NCBI GenBank assembly: GCA_039030515.1
Contig: JBCCEA010000039.1
Location: forward strand, 1-32,928
Direction of reading: 5' to 3'
DNA length: 32,928 nucleotides
Source of the DNA: Myxococcota bacterium
GTDB lineage: Bacteria > Myxococcota_A > Polyangia > Polyangiales > Houyiibacteriaceae
Below, one piece after another: positions 1 to 9,234 of this stretch. Position 1 is the stretch's first letter, and the number at the start of each line of letters is the position of its first letter. The notes below the pieces were generated by a model, which saw only the letters and a list, made by a program, of their open reading frames with translations, made no database searches and had not been told where the DNA came from. The position numbers and the translations under genes are program-made.

Positions 1-334
1 GCCCCCGTGGCAAGGAGGAGGAGGGTACTTTTAGGTACCTGACGACGACGAGCAACGTGGAAAGCAGCTGTTTGGGCCGACATACGCTGTTCAAAAGCGG
101 GCCTAGGTTGGTTCAAACAGCCAGCGCCCCCGTGGCAAGGAGGAGGAGGGTACTTTTAGGTACCTGACGACGACGAGCAACGTGGAAAGCAGCTGTTTGG
201 GCCGACATACGCTGTTCAAAAGCGGGCCTAGGTTGGTTCAAACAGCCAGCGCCCCCGTGGCGAGGAGGAGGAGGGTACTTTTAGGTACCTGACGACGACG
301 AGCAACGTGGAAAGCAGCTGTTTGGGCCGACATA
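1..334. repeat. Tandem array with a 125-bp period (starts 1, 126, 251), made of a 106-nt imperfect palindromic element (partial 1-84, complete 104-209 and 229-334) separated by an identical 19-bp linker; truncated by the window start
   Basis: Copies identical except A->G at 262. Each complete element starts and ends in TA, and its ends pair (104-121 with 192-209). Confidence 0.95.
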
Positions 335-342
335 GGCGTGCT

Positions 343-1008
343 TCAGAGACCGAGGCAATTGACTAGTCTTACATCCACCCCAGTATCCGCCGCCTCAGAC
401 GCGTCGCCTGAGGCCGTCATGTCTCGTGAAAGCTGCTCAGAGGAGCTCGCTGAGTTGGGCATTTGGCGACAAAGGATGGACACGCGCACGGTAGGGCCGT
501 CGGCATTGCTTGGATCGAAGCTGATTCCGTCCACTCGGCAAGGTCGCTCAACGCCAATCGGCTCACTACCAGTGCAACTTCCGGTGTAGCGGTTTGGGCC
601 TTCCACGACTGAGACAGAGCAAGACTGATTGGTCACGGCTCCGCCGGTCTTCCCCGTTCGGGCATCTGAAAGGGCGAGTGCGTAGTCCCCGTCATCGGCG
701 GACACAAAGAATTCAAGCGAGCGTTCGTCAACTGAAGCCAGTTCGGTCACGCTGCAGCGAACTGTAGAGCCAAGCTCGCCATCGAAAGCCTCGATTTCGC
801 GATCGTCGCCGTCGAGGGCGCATCCGAAGGTATCTTCTGGGCATCGAATCCGCCATGAAGCGGACACAAATGGGGTTGCCGAGTCTTCTCCACAACCGCT
901 CAATATCACCCCATAACTGCCCAGCGTCGCAAGCGCGCATACTAAGAACCGAAGCCCGCTCAGTAGATGAAAGAGTTCCGAGAACACTTGCTCCCCCTTC
1001 TGGAGCAT
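343..1008 (-). CDS. Hypothetical Cys-rich lipoprotein
   Basis: 221-aa ORF, hydrophobic N-terminus with lipobox-like ILSG-C, several Cys; starts 15 bp after the upstream gene's stop on the same strand. Confidence 0.7.
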   Translation of the reverse strand: MLQKGEQVFSELFHLLSGLRFLVCALATLGSYGVILSGCGEDSATPFVSASWRIRCPEDTFGCALDGDDREIEAFDGELGSTVRCSVTELASVDERSLEFFVSADDGDYALALSDARTGKTGGAVTNQSCSVSVVEGPNRYTGSCTGSEPIGVERPCRVDGISFDPSNADGPTVRVSILCRQMPNSASSSEQLSRDMTASGDASEAADTGVDVRLVNCLGL

Positions 1009-1023
1009 AGAACTACGGCACCC

Positions 1024-2196
1024 TTAGGTGAAACTCAAGGCTTGCTCGAGGTCTGCACGAAGATCTTCAAAACCTTCGAGACCCACCGATAAGCGCACGA
1101 GGCCGTCTTCAATGCCGATCGCGGCGCGTTGATTCGGCGGTACCGCGCCATGGGTCATCGAGGCAGGATGTTCGATGAGGGATTCTACCCCTCCGAGACT
1201 TTCTGCCAGCGTGAAGATCTTTGTCCGCTCCAACATGCGCGTGGCTCCGGCAAGCCCACCGCGGACCACAACGCTGATCATAGCCAAGGGAGCACGCATC
1301 TGACGCGCGGCGAGCTCGAACTGTGGATGACTTGCTAGACCTGGATAGATCACCTTTTGAACTCCGGCGTGCCCTTCTAGCCAGTTAGCCAGCTTTGTCG
1401 CCCGCTCACCGGCAGCCTGAACCCTTGCCGACAAAGTCTTTATGCCGCGTAACACCATGAAACAATCAAAGGGGGACGGGATGGCGCCCACCGAATTCTG
1501 CAGGAATCGGAGCTTTTCAGCGAGCTTCTCGTCTCGGGTGATGATCGCACCTCCGACTACATCACTGTGGCCGTTGAGGTACTTGGTAGTCGAGTGGACC
1601 ACAACATCCGCACCGAGGTCGAGGGGGCGCTGCAGGACCGGAGTCGCAAAAGTGTTGTCGACGCAGCTGAGCACGCCGTGTCGACGCGCAATCTCCGTCA
1701 CGATGGTCAAATCGACCAACTTCAACATCGGGTTGGTAGGGGTCTCAATCCAGAGGAGTTTTGTCTCCGGACGAATCGCTGCTTCAAGCGCAGAGGGATT
1801 GGAGAGGTCGACCCAGCTCGTCTCAATACCGAGTGGACCCATGACTTTGTCGAGCAACCGAAAAGTACCCCCGTAAACGTCATCGCAAGAAACAACGTGA
1901 TCACCCGGGCGCAAGGTCAGAAAAAGGGTCGTCATGGCCGCGCAGCCCGAGCCAAACGCTAGGCCGTAGTGCCCCCCCTCCAGTGAAGCCAAACAGGTCT
2001 CGAGTGCACGACGGGTTGGGTTGTCCGTTCGTGCGTATTCGAAACCCTGATGCACCCCAGGGGAGGACTGCGCAAACGTACTCGCGAGGACGATGGGCGG
2101 CATCACCGCCCCTGACGTCGGATCGGGAGATTGGCCTGCATGAATAGCCAGTGTTTCAAGCGCAGCTTCCGCGCTGTCCCAATTCGAGTTGTTCAT
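1024..2196 (-). CDS. metB: Cystathionine gamma-synthase/gamma-lyase (Cys/Met metabolism PLP enzyme)
   Basis: Motifs YARTDNPT, ETPTNP, VDNTF, HSTTKYLNGHSDV (PLP lysine), LAESLGGVESL, RLSVGLE. Start moved to ATG 2196. Synthase versus lyase activity cannot be resolved. Confidence 0.9.
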   Translation of the reverse strand: MNNSNWDSAEAALETLAIHAGQSPDPTSGAVMPPIVLASTFAQSSPGVHQGFEYARTDNPTRRALETCLASLEGGHYGLAFGSGCAAMTTLFLTLRPGDHVVSCDDVYGGTFRLLDKVMGPLGIETSWVDLSNPSALEAAIRPETKLLWIETPTNPMLKLVDLTIVTEIARRHGVLSCVDNTFATPVLQRPLDLGADVVVHSTTKYLNGHSDVVGGAIITRDEKLAEKLRFLQNSVGAIPSPFDCFMVLRGIKTLSARVQAAGERATKLANWLEGHAGVQKVIYPGLASHPQFELAARQMRAPLAMISVVVRGGLAGATRMLERTKIFTLAESLGGVESLIEHPASMTHGAVPPNQRAAIGIEDGLVRLSVGLEGFEDLRADLEQALSFT

Positions 2197-2405
2197 GCGA
2201 GGTCGATAGCTCGTTCCACCACGGCCACGCAAGTCAGAGGCCGCTCAAGCGGTACCTTTGTAGCGACCAATTCGACCGTAGAGAACTTTGTCGATTTCTT
2301 GCGGGCAGCTACCCACATAGAGGAGGATGTACTCCCAACACACACCAAAGAGCACCTCGCCTATCACCTTGTGACCGGAATGTTGGCGCTAAAGGACCAT
2401 GCACC

Positions 2406-2930
2406 ATGAAGGCTGAACTATTTTCGATGGTTCTCGGAACTACGGCGATGTTTACCGTGTCTGGCACCCAAATGTGGAAGCCCACGGGCGCGGAGTGCAC
2501 GAGCGACTCCGAATGTGGTGAGGCGTCGCTATGCTACCGTCAGGCTGAAGGCGCCGCGGTCTGCATGAACTCGTGTAAAGCGGACGATCGAATCTGCGCG
2601 GGGGATGTACCGTGCCTTCCCTCTGCGACGCGAAAAGAGGAGTTTGTCTGTTACACGGGTGGTAAAAAACCACTAGAGGCGTCTTGTAAAAGCAACACTG
2701 AATGCGAGCGTGGCGTTTGCGTGGAGCATCAAGGGGAGCGCACTTGCAAAAAGGCGTGTCACCTGGACGACCCTATGACCTGCGGGCAAGCAGCGTACTG
2801 CACTCCCATCCAGGGGAGTAATAGCGTGGCGGGATTTTGCAGTAAAGCGCAGAGTTTCAGATCAAAGGATCTTGGCTCGAAGGATTTCAGCTCGAGTGAT
2901 TTTCGAGCTGAAAACTCCAAAAGCATTTGA
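2406..2930 (+). CDS. Secreted Cys-rich repeat protein
   Basis: ATG 2406 gives a signal-peptide-like start (MKAELFSMVLG...) followed by two similar modules beginning CTSDSEC and CKSNTEC. Confidence 0.7.
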   Translation: MKAELFSMVLGTTAMFTVSGTQMWKPTGAECTSDSECGEASLCYRQAEGAAVCMNSCKADDRICAGDVPCLPSATRKEEFVCYTGGKKPLEASCKSNTECERGVCVEHQGERTCKKACHLDDPMTCGQAAYCTPIQGSNSVAGFCSKAQSFRSKDLGSKDFSSSDFRAENSKSI

Positions 2931-2940
2931 GCAAAGGGAG

Positions 2941-2979
2941 CCTAAGATCGTTATCGAGTTTTATCGACACCGATTTAGG
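2941..2979. terminator. Possible hairpin between convergent genes
   Basis: CCTAAGATCG ... CGATTTAGG inverted repeat just after the 2930 stop; no clear U-tract. Confidence 0.3.
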
Positions 2980-3079
2980 ATTCCACTCCACACCTACGAC
3001 CCCTTCGCATTTTGTTGAGAGATCCACTGTGTCTGGCATCGAAGCGTTTAGGGTCGACGACGTTTAGAATGGACGATTT

Positions 3080-4120
3080 TTACGGTCGACGATGTGCGGA
3101 GCGATACGCACGGGGACTCATGCCGGTCCAACGACGAAACGCGCGACGAAATCCTGCCGAGTCAGCAAAACCTACCTCCTTCGCCACACTTTCAGCCGTG
3201 GCGCCGCCGGCAAGTAGCTTGCAGGCTTCTTCTCGACGGACTTCGTCTAAAATCTCCTGAAAGGTAGTGCCATCCGCGGCAAGTCGCCTCTGAAGTGTAC
3301 GCGCCTCCACTCCCAGCCGACGGGCCACGATCGCCAGACGCGGCGAGTCGTCATTGCGAATCATCGTCCGCAGAACGTCTCTTGCCTGACCCGCTACCCC
3401 TTCGGGCGCGAAAGATTCGAGCTGTTGTTCCGCCAACTCGAGAAGATAGGGACGTAGCTCTTGGTTGCTCGATCGAAGCGGTAGAGAAAGCGTTTCGCCA
3501 GAGACGAGCACCCCATTGCCGTGCATGTCGAAGTGTACCGGACAGCCGAAAAACATTTCGTACCCTGAAAGGTCTGCTGGCTTGCTGTGCTGAAAATAAA
3601 CCGCGAGTGGACGCACTTCGGTCCCGGTCCAATTTCGAGCGAGAACTACCCAACTCGCCACTAGTGCCTCAGCGAAATGCCGCGACCAAATCCGGGTCTC
3701 CTCTGTCGGCCGGGTCGTGATACGCATACCGTTTGGCTCCCAAACGGCATCTACAACCGCCTCCGGATCGACAAGCCGTCCCAATCTTTCTACGGTGTCT
3801 ACGGCGTCGCTGAGTTTCGTTCCGCTCATTGCGACCAGACCGGCCAGGCCGAAACTGTCTGCTGACGCATACTTCGTAGCGACGTAGATCCCAAAGGACT
3901 CATGGCCGACCACCCGCGCGGCCGCATCCCAGAGGGCATCATCTACTTCCCGACGAATCCGGCCGTGGGTACGCAGTAACTGCTCCTCCGTACCTTCTAC
4001 CGCGCACATTACCTCATCCGGGTCGATTCCATGATCGCTTAGGCATCGGACTAATGTCCGTGTCCAACCGGCTACAAGGGTTGAACCTTCCTTCGAGTTC
4101 ATTACGGGACTCCTATACAT
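3080..4120 (-). CDS. AraC family transcriptional regulator (OruR/VirS-like)
   Basis: C-terminal AraC HTH (VARRLGVEARTLQRRL...VGFADSAGFRRAFRRWTGMSP) and typical VYFQH...YEMFFGCPVHF segment. Confidence 0.92.
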   Translation of the reverse strand: MYRSPVMNSKEGSTLVAGWTRTLVRCLSDHGIDPDEVMCAVEGTEEQLLRTHGRIRREVDDALWDAAARVVGHESFGIYVATKYASADSFGLAGLVAMSGTKLSDAVDTVERLGRLVDPEAVVDAVWEPNGMRITTRPTEETRIWSRHFAEALVASWVVLARNWTGTEVRPLAVYFQHSKPADLSGYEMFFGCPVHFDMHGNGVLVSGETLSLPLRSSNQELRPYLLELAEQQLESFAPEGVAGQARDVLRTMIRNDDSPRLAIVARRLGVEARTLQRRLAADGTTFQEILDEVRREEACKLLAGGATAESVAKEVGFADSAGFRRAFRRWTGMSPRAYRSAHRRP

Positions 4121-4727
4121 CGCTGTGTCGCTTTGGCGCCTGTTCGTGGCGCCTACATCGACGTACAGAGAGCAACGAGCGTGCCGGACCTAGGAGCTGT
4201 CCACTACGTCCGATCTCGCTGCGATAATTCTGTTGAGAATCCGCAATTTGTGATATGTAGGGAATTGTGCGGCTACTTCGGTTGCCGCCTTTGAGGTCAG
4301 CGCTGTCGTACTCGGTGAGGTAGCCTGTCGTGACCCATGGTGAGGTCAAATCGACACGCGTAAAACATGTCCAAAACGCGTTACTGATGACATGACATGC
4401 CGCGCGGCCGCGACGTACGCCCATTTCGCGAGATGAACTTCGGGCTGATCCCCCCCTCAATTAGGGGTAGCTAGTCGAACCAGAGAAGGTGCTATACCCC
4501 ATTCTAAGACATGTCCAGGTTTTGAAGCCACGGTGCTCGTGGCAAACACCCAGCAAAATCCGCAAGTTTCGGCGCGCTTCATCCTGATTCCAAGCTGCCA
4601 TCGGCGCAATCAAGCCGAGGTCGAACGAATCTGACGGCGTTGTCTAACTGACTTCTCCATCAGCCGTCTGGCGCTGTAAAGTCCAGGCTTGAATGAAACA
4701 GTTCGTGCGCTAACCAGGTCGGAATCG

Positions 4728-6737
4728 ATGGTGGTTCAACTCAACCCAGCCCAGCAGACGGCGGTGGAACACGAGCATGGGCCGTTGCTTGTGCTCGCCG
4801 GCGCGGGCAGTGGGAAAACCAGGGTGATCACCCATCGAATCGCGCGCCTCCTCGAATCGGGATGTCGTCCGGAAGCGATTTTGGCCATGACGTTCACCAA
4901 CAAGGCCGCTGCTGAAATGCGGGATCGGCTTGCGCCTATGGTCGGTGCGGAGGTGGCGAAGAGGATTTGGCTCTCGACGTTTCACAGCTTTGGAGTGCGT
5001 TTTCTTGGCGAGGAACGTGATGCCCTTGGATACGCCGGACGCTTCGTGATCTTCGATCAGGGCGACTGTCTGGGATTAATTCGAGAGTTCCTCAGGCGCA
5101 GACAAGAACGCAAACTCGACCCGATGGCCATCATCACTCGCATTTCTCTATGGAAGAACCGTTTTCTTGCAGCGACGGATCTCCCTGAAAGTGACTTCGA
5201 GTACGACGCCGTGGCTAGGGAACTCTACCCGGAATACGAAGAGGCGCTGCGTTCGATGTGCGCGGTCGATTTCGACGACCTGGTAGTAGCTCCAGCCAAA
5301 ATTCTGCGTGGCCGTGAAGAACTAAGGGCCAAATGGCAACAGCGATTCAGATACATCCTGGTCGACGAGTTTCAAGACACGAATGCGGCCCAGTTTGAAG
5401 TTCTCAAGCTTCTGGTCAACGGCCTGCGAAATGTCTGTGTAGTCGGCGACGACGACCAGGCAATTTACGGATGGCGCGGCGCCGACGTGGGCAACATCAT
5501 CGACTTTGATCGGCACTTCCCGGGCACGCTGGTCGTCAAGCTCGAGGAAAACTATAGAAGCCGAAAACCGATTTTGGATCTTGCCAACGCAGTGATCGGC
5601 GGAAGCGACAAGAAAAAACATCGCAAAACACTCGTATCCATGCGTGGAGAAGGCCCGAAAGTGCGCCGCATGGAGACCGCGGATTCGGCCACCGAGGCCA
5701 AAGCGATCACAATGGAGATTCGCAAGCATCTCGAACAGGGCGTAAAGGCTGCGGAGATCGCGCTCTTATATCGCAGCGCTGGTACATCGCGCCTTTTGGA
5801 AGAAGAACTGCGGCTTGCCGGGATTCCCTATCAGCTTTACGGCGGGACCCAGTTTTTTGATCGAAAAGAAGTCAAGGATGCACTCGCCTACCTTCGTGCG
5901 GCAGTTCATCCGCAAGATGAGCTCTCGCTACGGCGCATCCTAAATCATCCTCCCCGAGGCATCGGTGCAACGACCGTCAAGCGACTGGAACGCTACGCAC
6001 TCGCCAACGAAATCAGCTTCGCAAACGCACTTGCAGCCGCGCCGTCGATGAACGACCTGCCAGAACCAGCCAGACGCGGGATCATGGCCCTGCAGGAAAC
6101 ACTTCGAGAAACCAGGGGTCGCTTTCAGCGAGGAGAGGACCTGGCGTCTGCAGCCCGAGATCTCTTCACCAGAACGGGACTCGAGCGTGAAGTCCGCGCT
6201 CAAGACGCGGAGGGAACTCCAAGGCGCTGGGGAAATATAGAATCTCTGCTGCGCAGTCTGAACCGTTACCAAAATACCCCCCAAGCAACCCGCCCGACCC
6301 TGGCGCAATTTCTGATTCGAATCGGACTCCGTTTCGATCAAGAGGAAGAAACCAGAGGCAACCGCGTCACCCTATCGACTCTTCACGCCGCTAAGGGTTT
6401 AGAATTCGACGTGGTGTTCCTCGTGGGCTGCATCGAAGGCCAGCTCCCCCACAACCGTTCACTCGAACCCAAAGTTACCGAGGCAGCCCCAAGCGACGTG
6501 AGCGAGGAACGCAGACTCTTCTACGTCGGGATCACCCGCGCACGGGAGGTCCTCTATCTGACCTTGGTAAAGCAAAAGATGCTGCGAGGCAAAACAGGTC
6601 CGGTAACCCCTACCCGTTTTCTCGACGGCATACCCGAAGGACTGATCGAAACGATTTCAACTGACGTGAAAAAAGAGTTAGACCGTCAAGAGACGGCGGC
6701 GGCAGCCCAGGCTATCGTGGATCTGCTTTCACGGTAG
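4728..6737 (+). CDS. uvrD: UvrD/Rep/PcrA family SF1 DNA helicase (Rep-like length)
   Basis: LNPAQ, AGAGSGKT, TFTNKAA, VDEFQD, VGDDDQAIYGWRGA, LEENYRS, STLHAAKGLEF, EERRLFYVGITRA. Confidence 0.95.
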   Translation: MVVQLNPAQQTAVEHEHGPLLVLAGAGSGKTRVITHRIARLLESGCRPEAILAMTFTNKAAAEMRDRLAPMVGAEVAKRIWLSTFHSFGVRFLGEERDALGYAGRFVIFDQGDCLGLIREFLRRRQERKLDPMAIITRISLWKNRFLAATDLPESDFEYDAVARELYPEYEEALRSMCAVDFDDLVVAPAKILRGREELRAKWQQRFRYILVDEFQDTNAAQFEVLKLLVNGLRNVCVVGDDDQAIYGWRGADVGNIIDFDRHFPGTLVVKLEENYRSRKPILDLANAVIGGSDKKKHRKTLVSMRGEGPKVRRMETADSATEAKAITMEIRKHLEQGVKAAEIALLYRSAGTSRLLEEELRLAGIPYQLYGGTQFFDRKEVKDALAYLRAAVHPQDELSLRRILNHPPRGIGATTVKRLERYALANEISFANALAAAPSMNDLPEPARRGIMALQETLRETRGRFQRGEDLASAARDLFTRTGLEREVRAQDAEGTPRRWGNIESLLRSLNRYQNTPQATRPTLAQFLIRIGLRFDQEEETRGNRVTLSTLHAAKGLEFDVVFLVGCIEGQLPHNRSLEPKVTEAAPSDVSEERRLFYVGITRAREVLYLTLVKQKMLRGKTGPVTPTRFLDGIPEGLIETISTDVKKELDRQETAAAAQAIVDLLSR

Positions 6738-6797
6738 TGCTCTCAAGGCAGGGAACCATCACTCGGGCAAACCAAGCCAAAAGGGATAGCTTCAAGT

Positions 6798-8309
6798 ATG
6801 AATGAACCAATGAAGCGACTGCGTCACCAACTCCGGGAGGTGGCCGACCTCGAATCGATCGCCGCAGTACTGGAGTGGGACCAAAATACCTATATGCCTC
6901 GGGGTGGTGCAGAGGCACGTGGACGCCAACTGGCCATGATCCAAACCATCGCCCACAGGCAGCTGGTCTCCGATGAAATGCGATCCCTGCTCCGGCAGCT
7001 TGCACCGATTTCGGATCGCGACGACGAAGACGGAGCCCTGATTCGAAAAGCCGCCCGCAAGGCCGAGCGAGCACGTCGCATGCCCTCGGAGTTCGTTTCG
7101 GAGCTCAAAGAACATCTATCCAGGTCCTACGTGTGCTGGACTCAAGCGCGTAAGCACAGCGACTTTGCAAGCGTCCAGCCTTTTTTGGAAAAAACACTGG
7201 AGCTCAGTCTTCGAAAATCCGAGTACCTGGGGTTTGAAAACCATCCCATGGATCCGCTGGTCGACCAGTGGGATCCGGGAATGAACGTGTCTACCGTTCG
7301 TTCGCTTTTTTCTGAGCTCCGAAGTGAACTTCTGCCTCTAGTTCGCAAAATCGTGGACCAGCCCAGAAAAGAGAGCTCCATCGCCGGCGTACCGTTCGAT
7401 GAGGAGAGGCAATTGGCGGTAGGTCGATACATCGCAGAGGCGCTTGGATACGATTTTGAGCGAGGTCGCCAAGACCTCACGCATCACCCGTTCATGACTC
7501 GGCTGTCTGGGGGGGATGTGCGCATCACCACGCGAGTTCTGCCGAACGACCTCGAATATTCACTCTTCAGCACGATCCACGAAACGGGACACGCTCTCTA
7601 CGAACAGGGCATACGCGCCGACTTTGACGCAAGCCCTCTCGGCGAGGGTGCTTCTGCGGGAGTGCACGAGAGTCAGTCTCGGCTCTGGGAAAACCTTGTG
7701 GGCAGAAGCCTGTCTTTCTGGAAGCGATTTTACCCAGAACTGCAAACGCACTTTCCTGAGCAGCTTCAAGAGGTGGATCTGGATTCTTTCTACTCGAGCA
7801 TCAACCGAGTAGAGCCTTCCCTGATTCGCACGGAAGCGGACGAGGTCACCTACAACCTGCATGTGATGCTGCGTTTTGAACTGGAATGCCAAATGCTCGA
7901 GGGCACACTGCGCGTCTCGGACCTGCCCGAGGCTTGGAACGCGCGAATGAGCGATGATTTCCAGCTAAAACCCACAGAGGATCGACTCGGGGTATTGCAG
8001 GACGTGCACTGGTACTGCGAGACCATTGGAGGGCTCTTTCAAGGCTATGCTCTTGGCAACGTGATGAGCGCGCAGTTTTATTATGCCGCGATCCAATCGG
8101 AGCCCAAGGTTGCGGAAGGCGTGGCGGAGGGTGATTTTAAGCCGCTGCGAGACTGGCTTACCGCACACGTCTATCAGCACGGGGCGCGCTACGAGCCAAT
8201 TGAATTGATCGAAAAGGCGACGGGTAAACCCCTCGCTATCGATGACTTTATGACCTACCTGCTCGAGAAATTTGGCGCGCTCTATTCGCTTGAACGTCGT
8301 TCACCCTAA
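6798..8309 (+). CDS. Carboxypeptidase Taq (M32 family)
   Basis: HPF, DVRITTR, HETGHALYEQG (HExxH), HESQS, IRTEADE, GVLQDVHW. Confidence 0.95.
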   Translation: MNEPMKRLRHQLREVADLESIAAVLEWDQNTYMPRGGAEARGRQLAMIQTIAHRQLVSDEMRSLLRQLAPISDRDDEDGALIRKAARKAERARRMPSEFVSELKEHLSRSYVCWTQARKHSDFASVQPFLEKTLELSLRKSEYLGFENHPMDPLVDQWDPGMNVSTVRSLFSELRSELLPLVRKIVDQPRKESSIAGVPFDEERQLAVGRYIAEALGYDFERGRQDLTHHPFMTRLSGGDVRITTRVLPNDLEYSLFSTIHETGHALYEQGIRADFDASPLGEGASAGVHESQSRLWENLVGRSLSFWKRFYPELQTHFPEQLQEVDLDSFYSSINRVEPSLIRTEADEVTYNLHVMLRFELECQMLEGTLRVSDLPEAWNARMSDDFQLKPTEDRLGVLQDVHWYCETIGGLFQGYALGNVMSAQFYYAAIQSEPKVAEGVAEGDFKPLRDWLTAHVYQHGARYEPIELIEKATGKPLAIDDFMTYLLEKFGALYSLERRSP

Positions 8310-9064
8310 CCTCCTCCGTTCGAACATCGAAGAATCACAGAGGAAACGAGGGCGCCGGCGGTATCGAACCGGTACTCGCGAAGCTGATAGTCATGTCTGT
8401 CACTTTGGGCTGAAGCGCCTTGCGTATCGGAAGGTTCACCCGGTGATGCTGCGGATTGAGACTGCTTTGCAGACCAAAGGCGAACCACGATACCACCTTC
8501 GTCGGGCGGCGCTAAAGACGGCGCGGCAAACTCAAAAGGGAAATCGGGGGGAGCATGCGTCAGCACGTTACGGTGCGGAATCAATACTTCCGTAACCCAA
8601 GCGAGTGCGATCTGACCTCGCACAGACTCCGTCACGCCCTGCCAGCCGAGCGCCGGCAAGACTTGGGCCGCTGCATCGCGGATATTCGCGTAGTAGTGTC
8701 GCTGAAAAATCAATCCTAGAGGCACACAGCCGAGACCCGGAGCGTAGCCGGAAATAGAAATCAGTTCCGTAAGACCCTCCGCCCGATGAATGCAGAGTTC
8801 GTCTTCTTGAAAGGGATGGTCGGTCGCTCCAGAAACTGCCTGTGCTACGCCGCGATCGCTTTCGAGACTGGTCAACTCTGGAATCGGCCCAGAAATGCTG
8901 GTGTCTCGGTAAGTGAGTGCTGGGCAAGGCGCTGCGGAGCTGCCGATGCAGCCCGTCGCGAGTATTGCAGCCGCAGAGAACTGCGAAACCAAGACCTGGG
9001 ATTTGGAACTTCGCGAGCGCCAAGCGCCGATCCTTCTCTTGTTCACGTGGGTTATCTTCCACAA
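8306..9064 (-). CDS. Hypothetical lipoprotein
   Basis: 252-aa ORF filling the gap between known genes; lipobox-like LATG-C after a hydrophobic stretch; start uncertain. Confidence 0.55.
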   Translation of the reverse strand: MWKITHVNKRRIGAWRSRSSKSQVLVSQFSAAAILATGCIGSSAAPCPALTYRDTSISGPIPELTSLESDRGVAQAVSGATDHPFQEDELCIHRAEGLTELISISGYAPGLGCVPLGLIFQRHYYANIRDAAAQVLPALGWQGVTESVRGQIALAWVTEVLIPHRNVLTHAPPDFPFEFAAPSLAPPDEGGIVVRLWSAKQSQSAASPGEPSDTQGASAQSDRHDYQLREYRFDTAGALVSSVILRCSNGGG

Positions 9065-9234
9065 AAACCTCGCAAACTTCGAGCAGAATACGCCCTTGTG
9101 GCTCGGAGCTCGTTCCCAAGAAGCTCAGAAGGGTTGAGGTACACACAAACCCTCGAGCGCCGTACATCCTGAAATATGGCAGCCGGGCGAAACGGGAATT
9201 CAGTCGGAGCGTGGTGTGCTGCTTCGCAGAGCGC

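Noticed and set aside
1..334. CRISPR array
   Set aside because: The unit is too long, the intervening sequences are identical, and no cas genes are visible.
4728..6737. Defence-associated UvrD (e.g. Gabija GajB)
   Set aside because: It is a full-length housekeeping-type helicase with no adjacent nuclease.
9065..9234. yybP-ykoY Mn riboswitch upstream of terC
   Set aside because: The characteristic GGGGAGUAG-type core is not visible.
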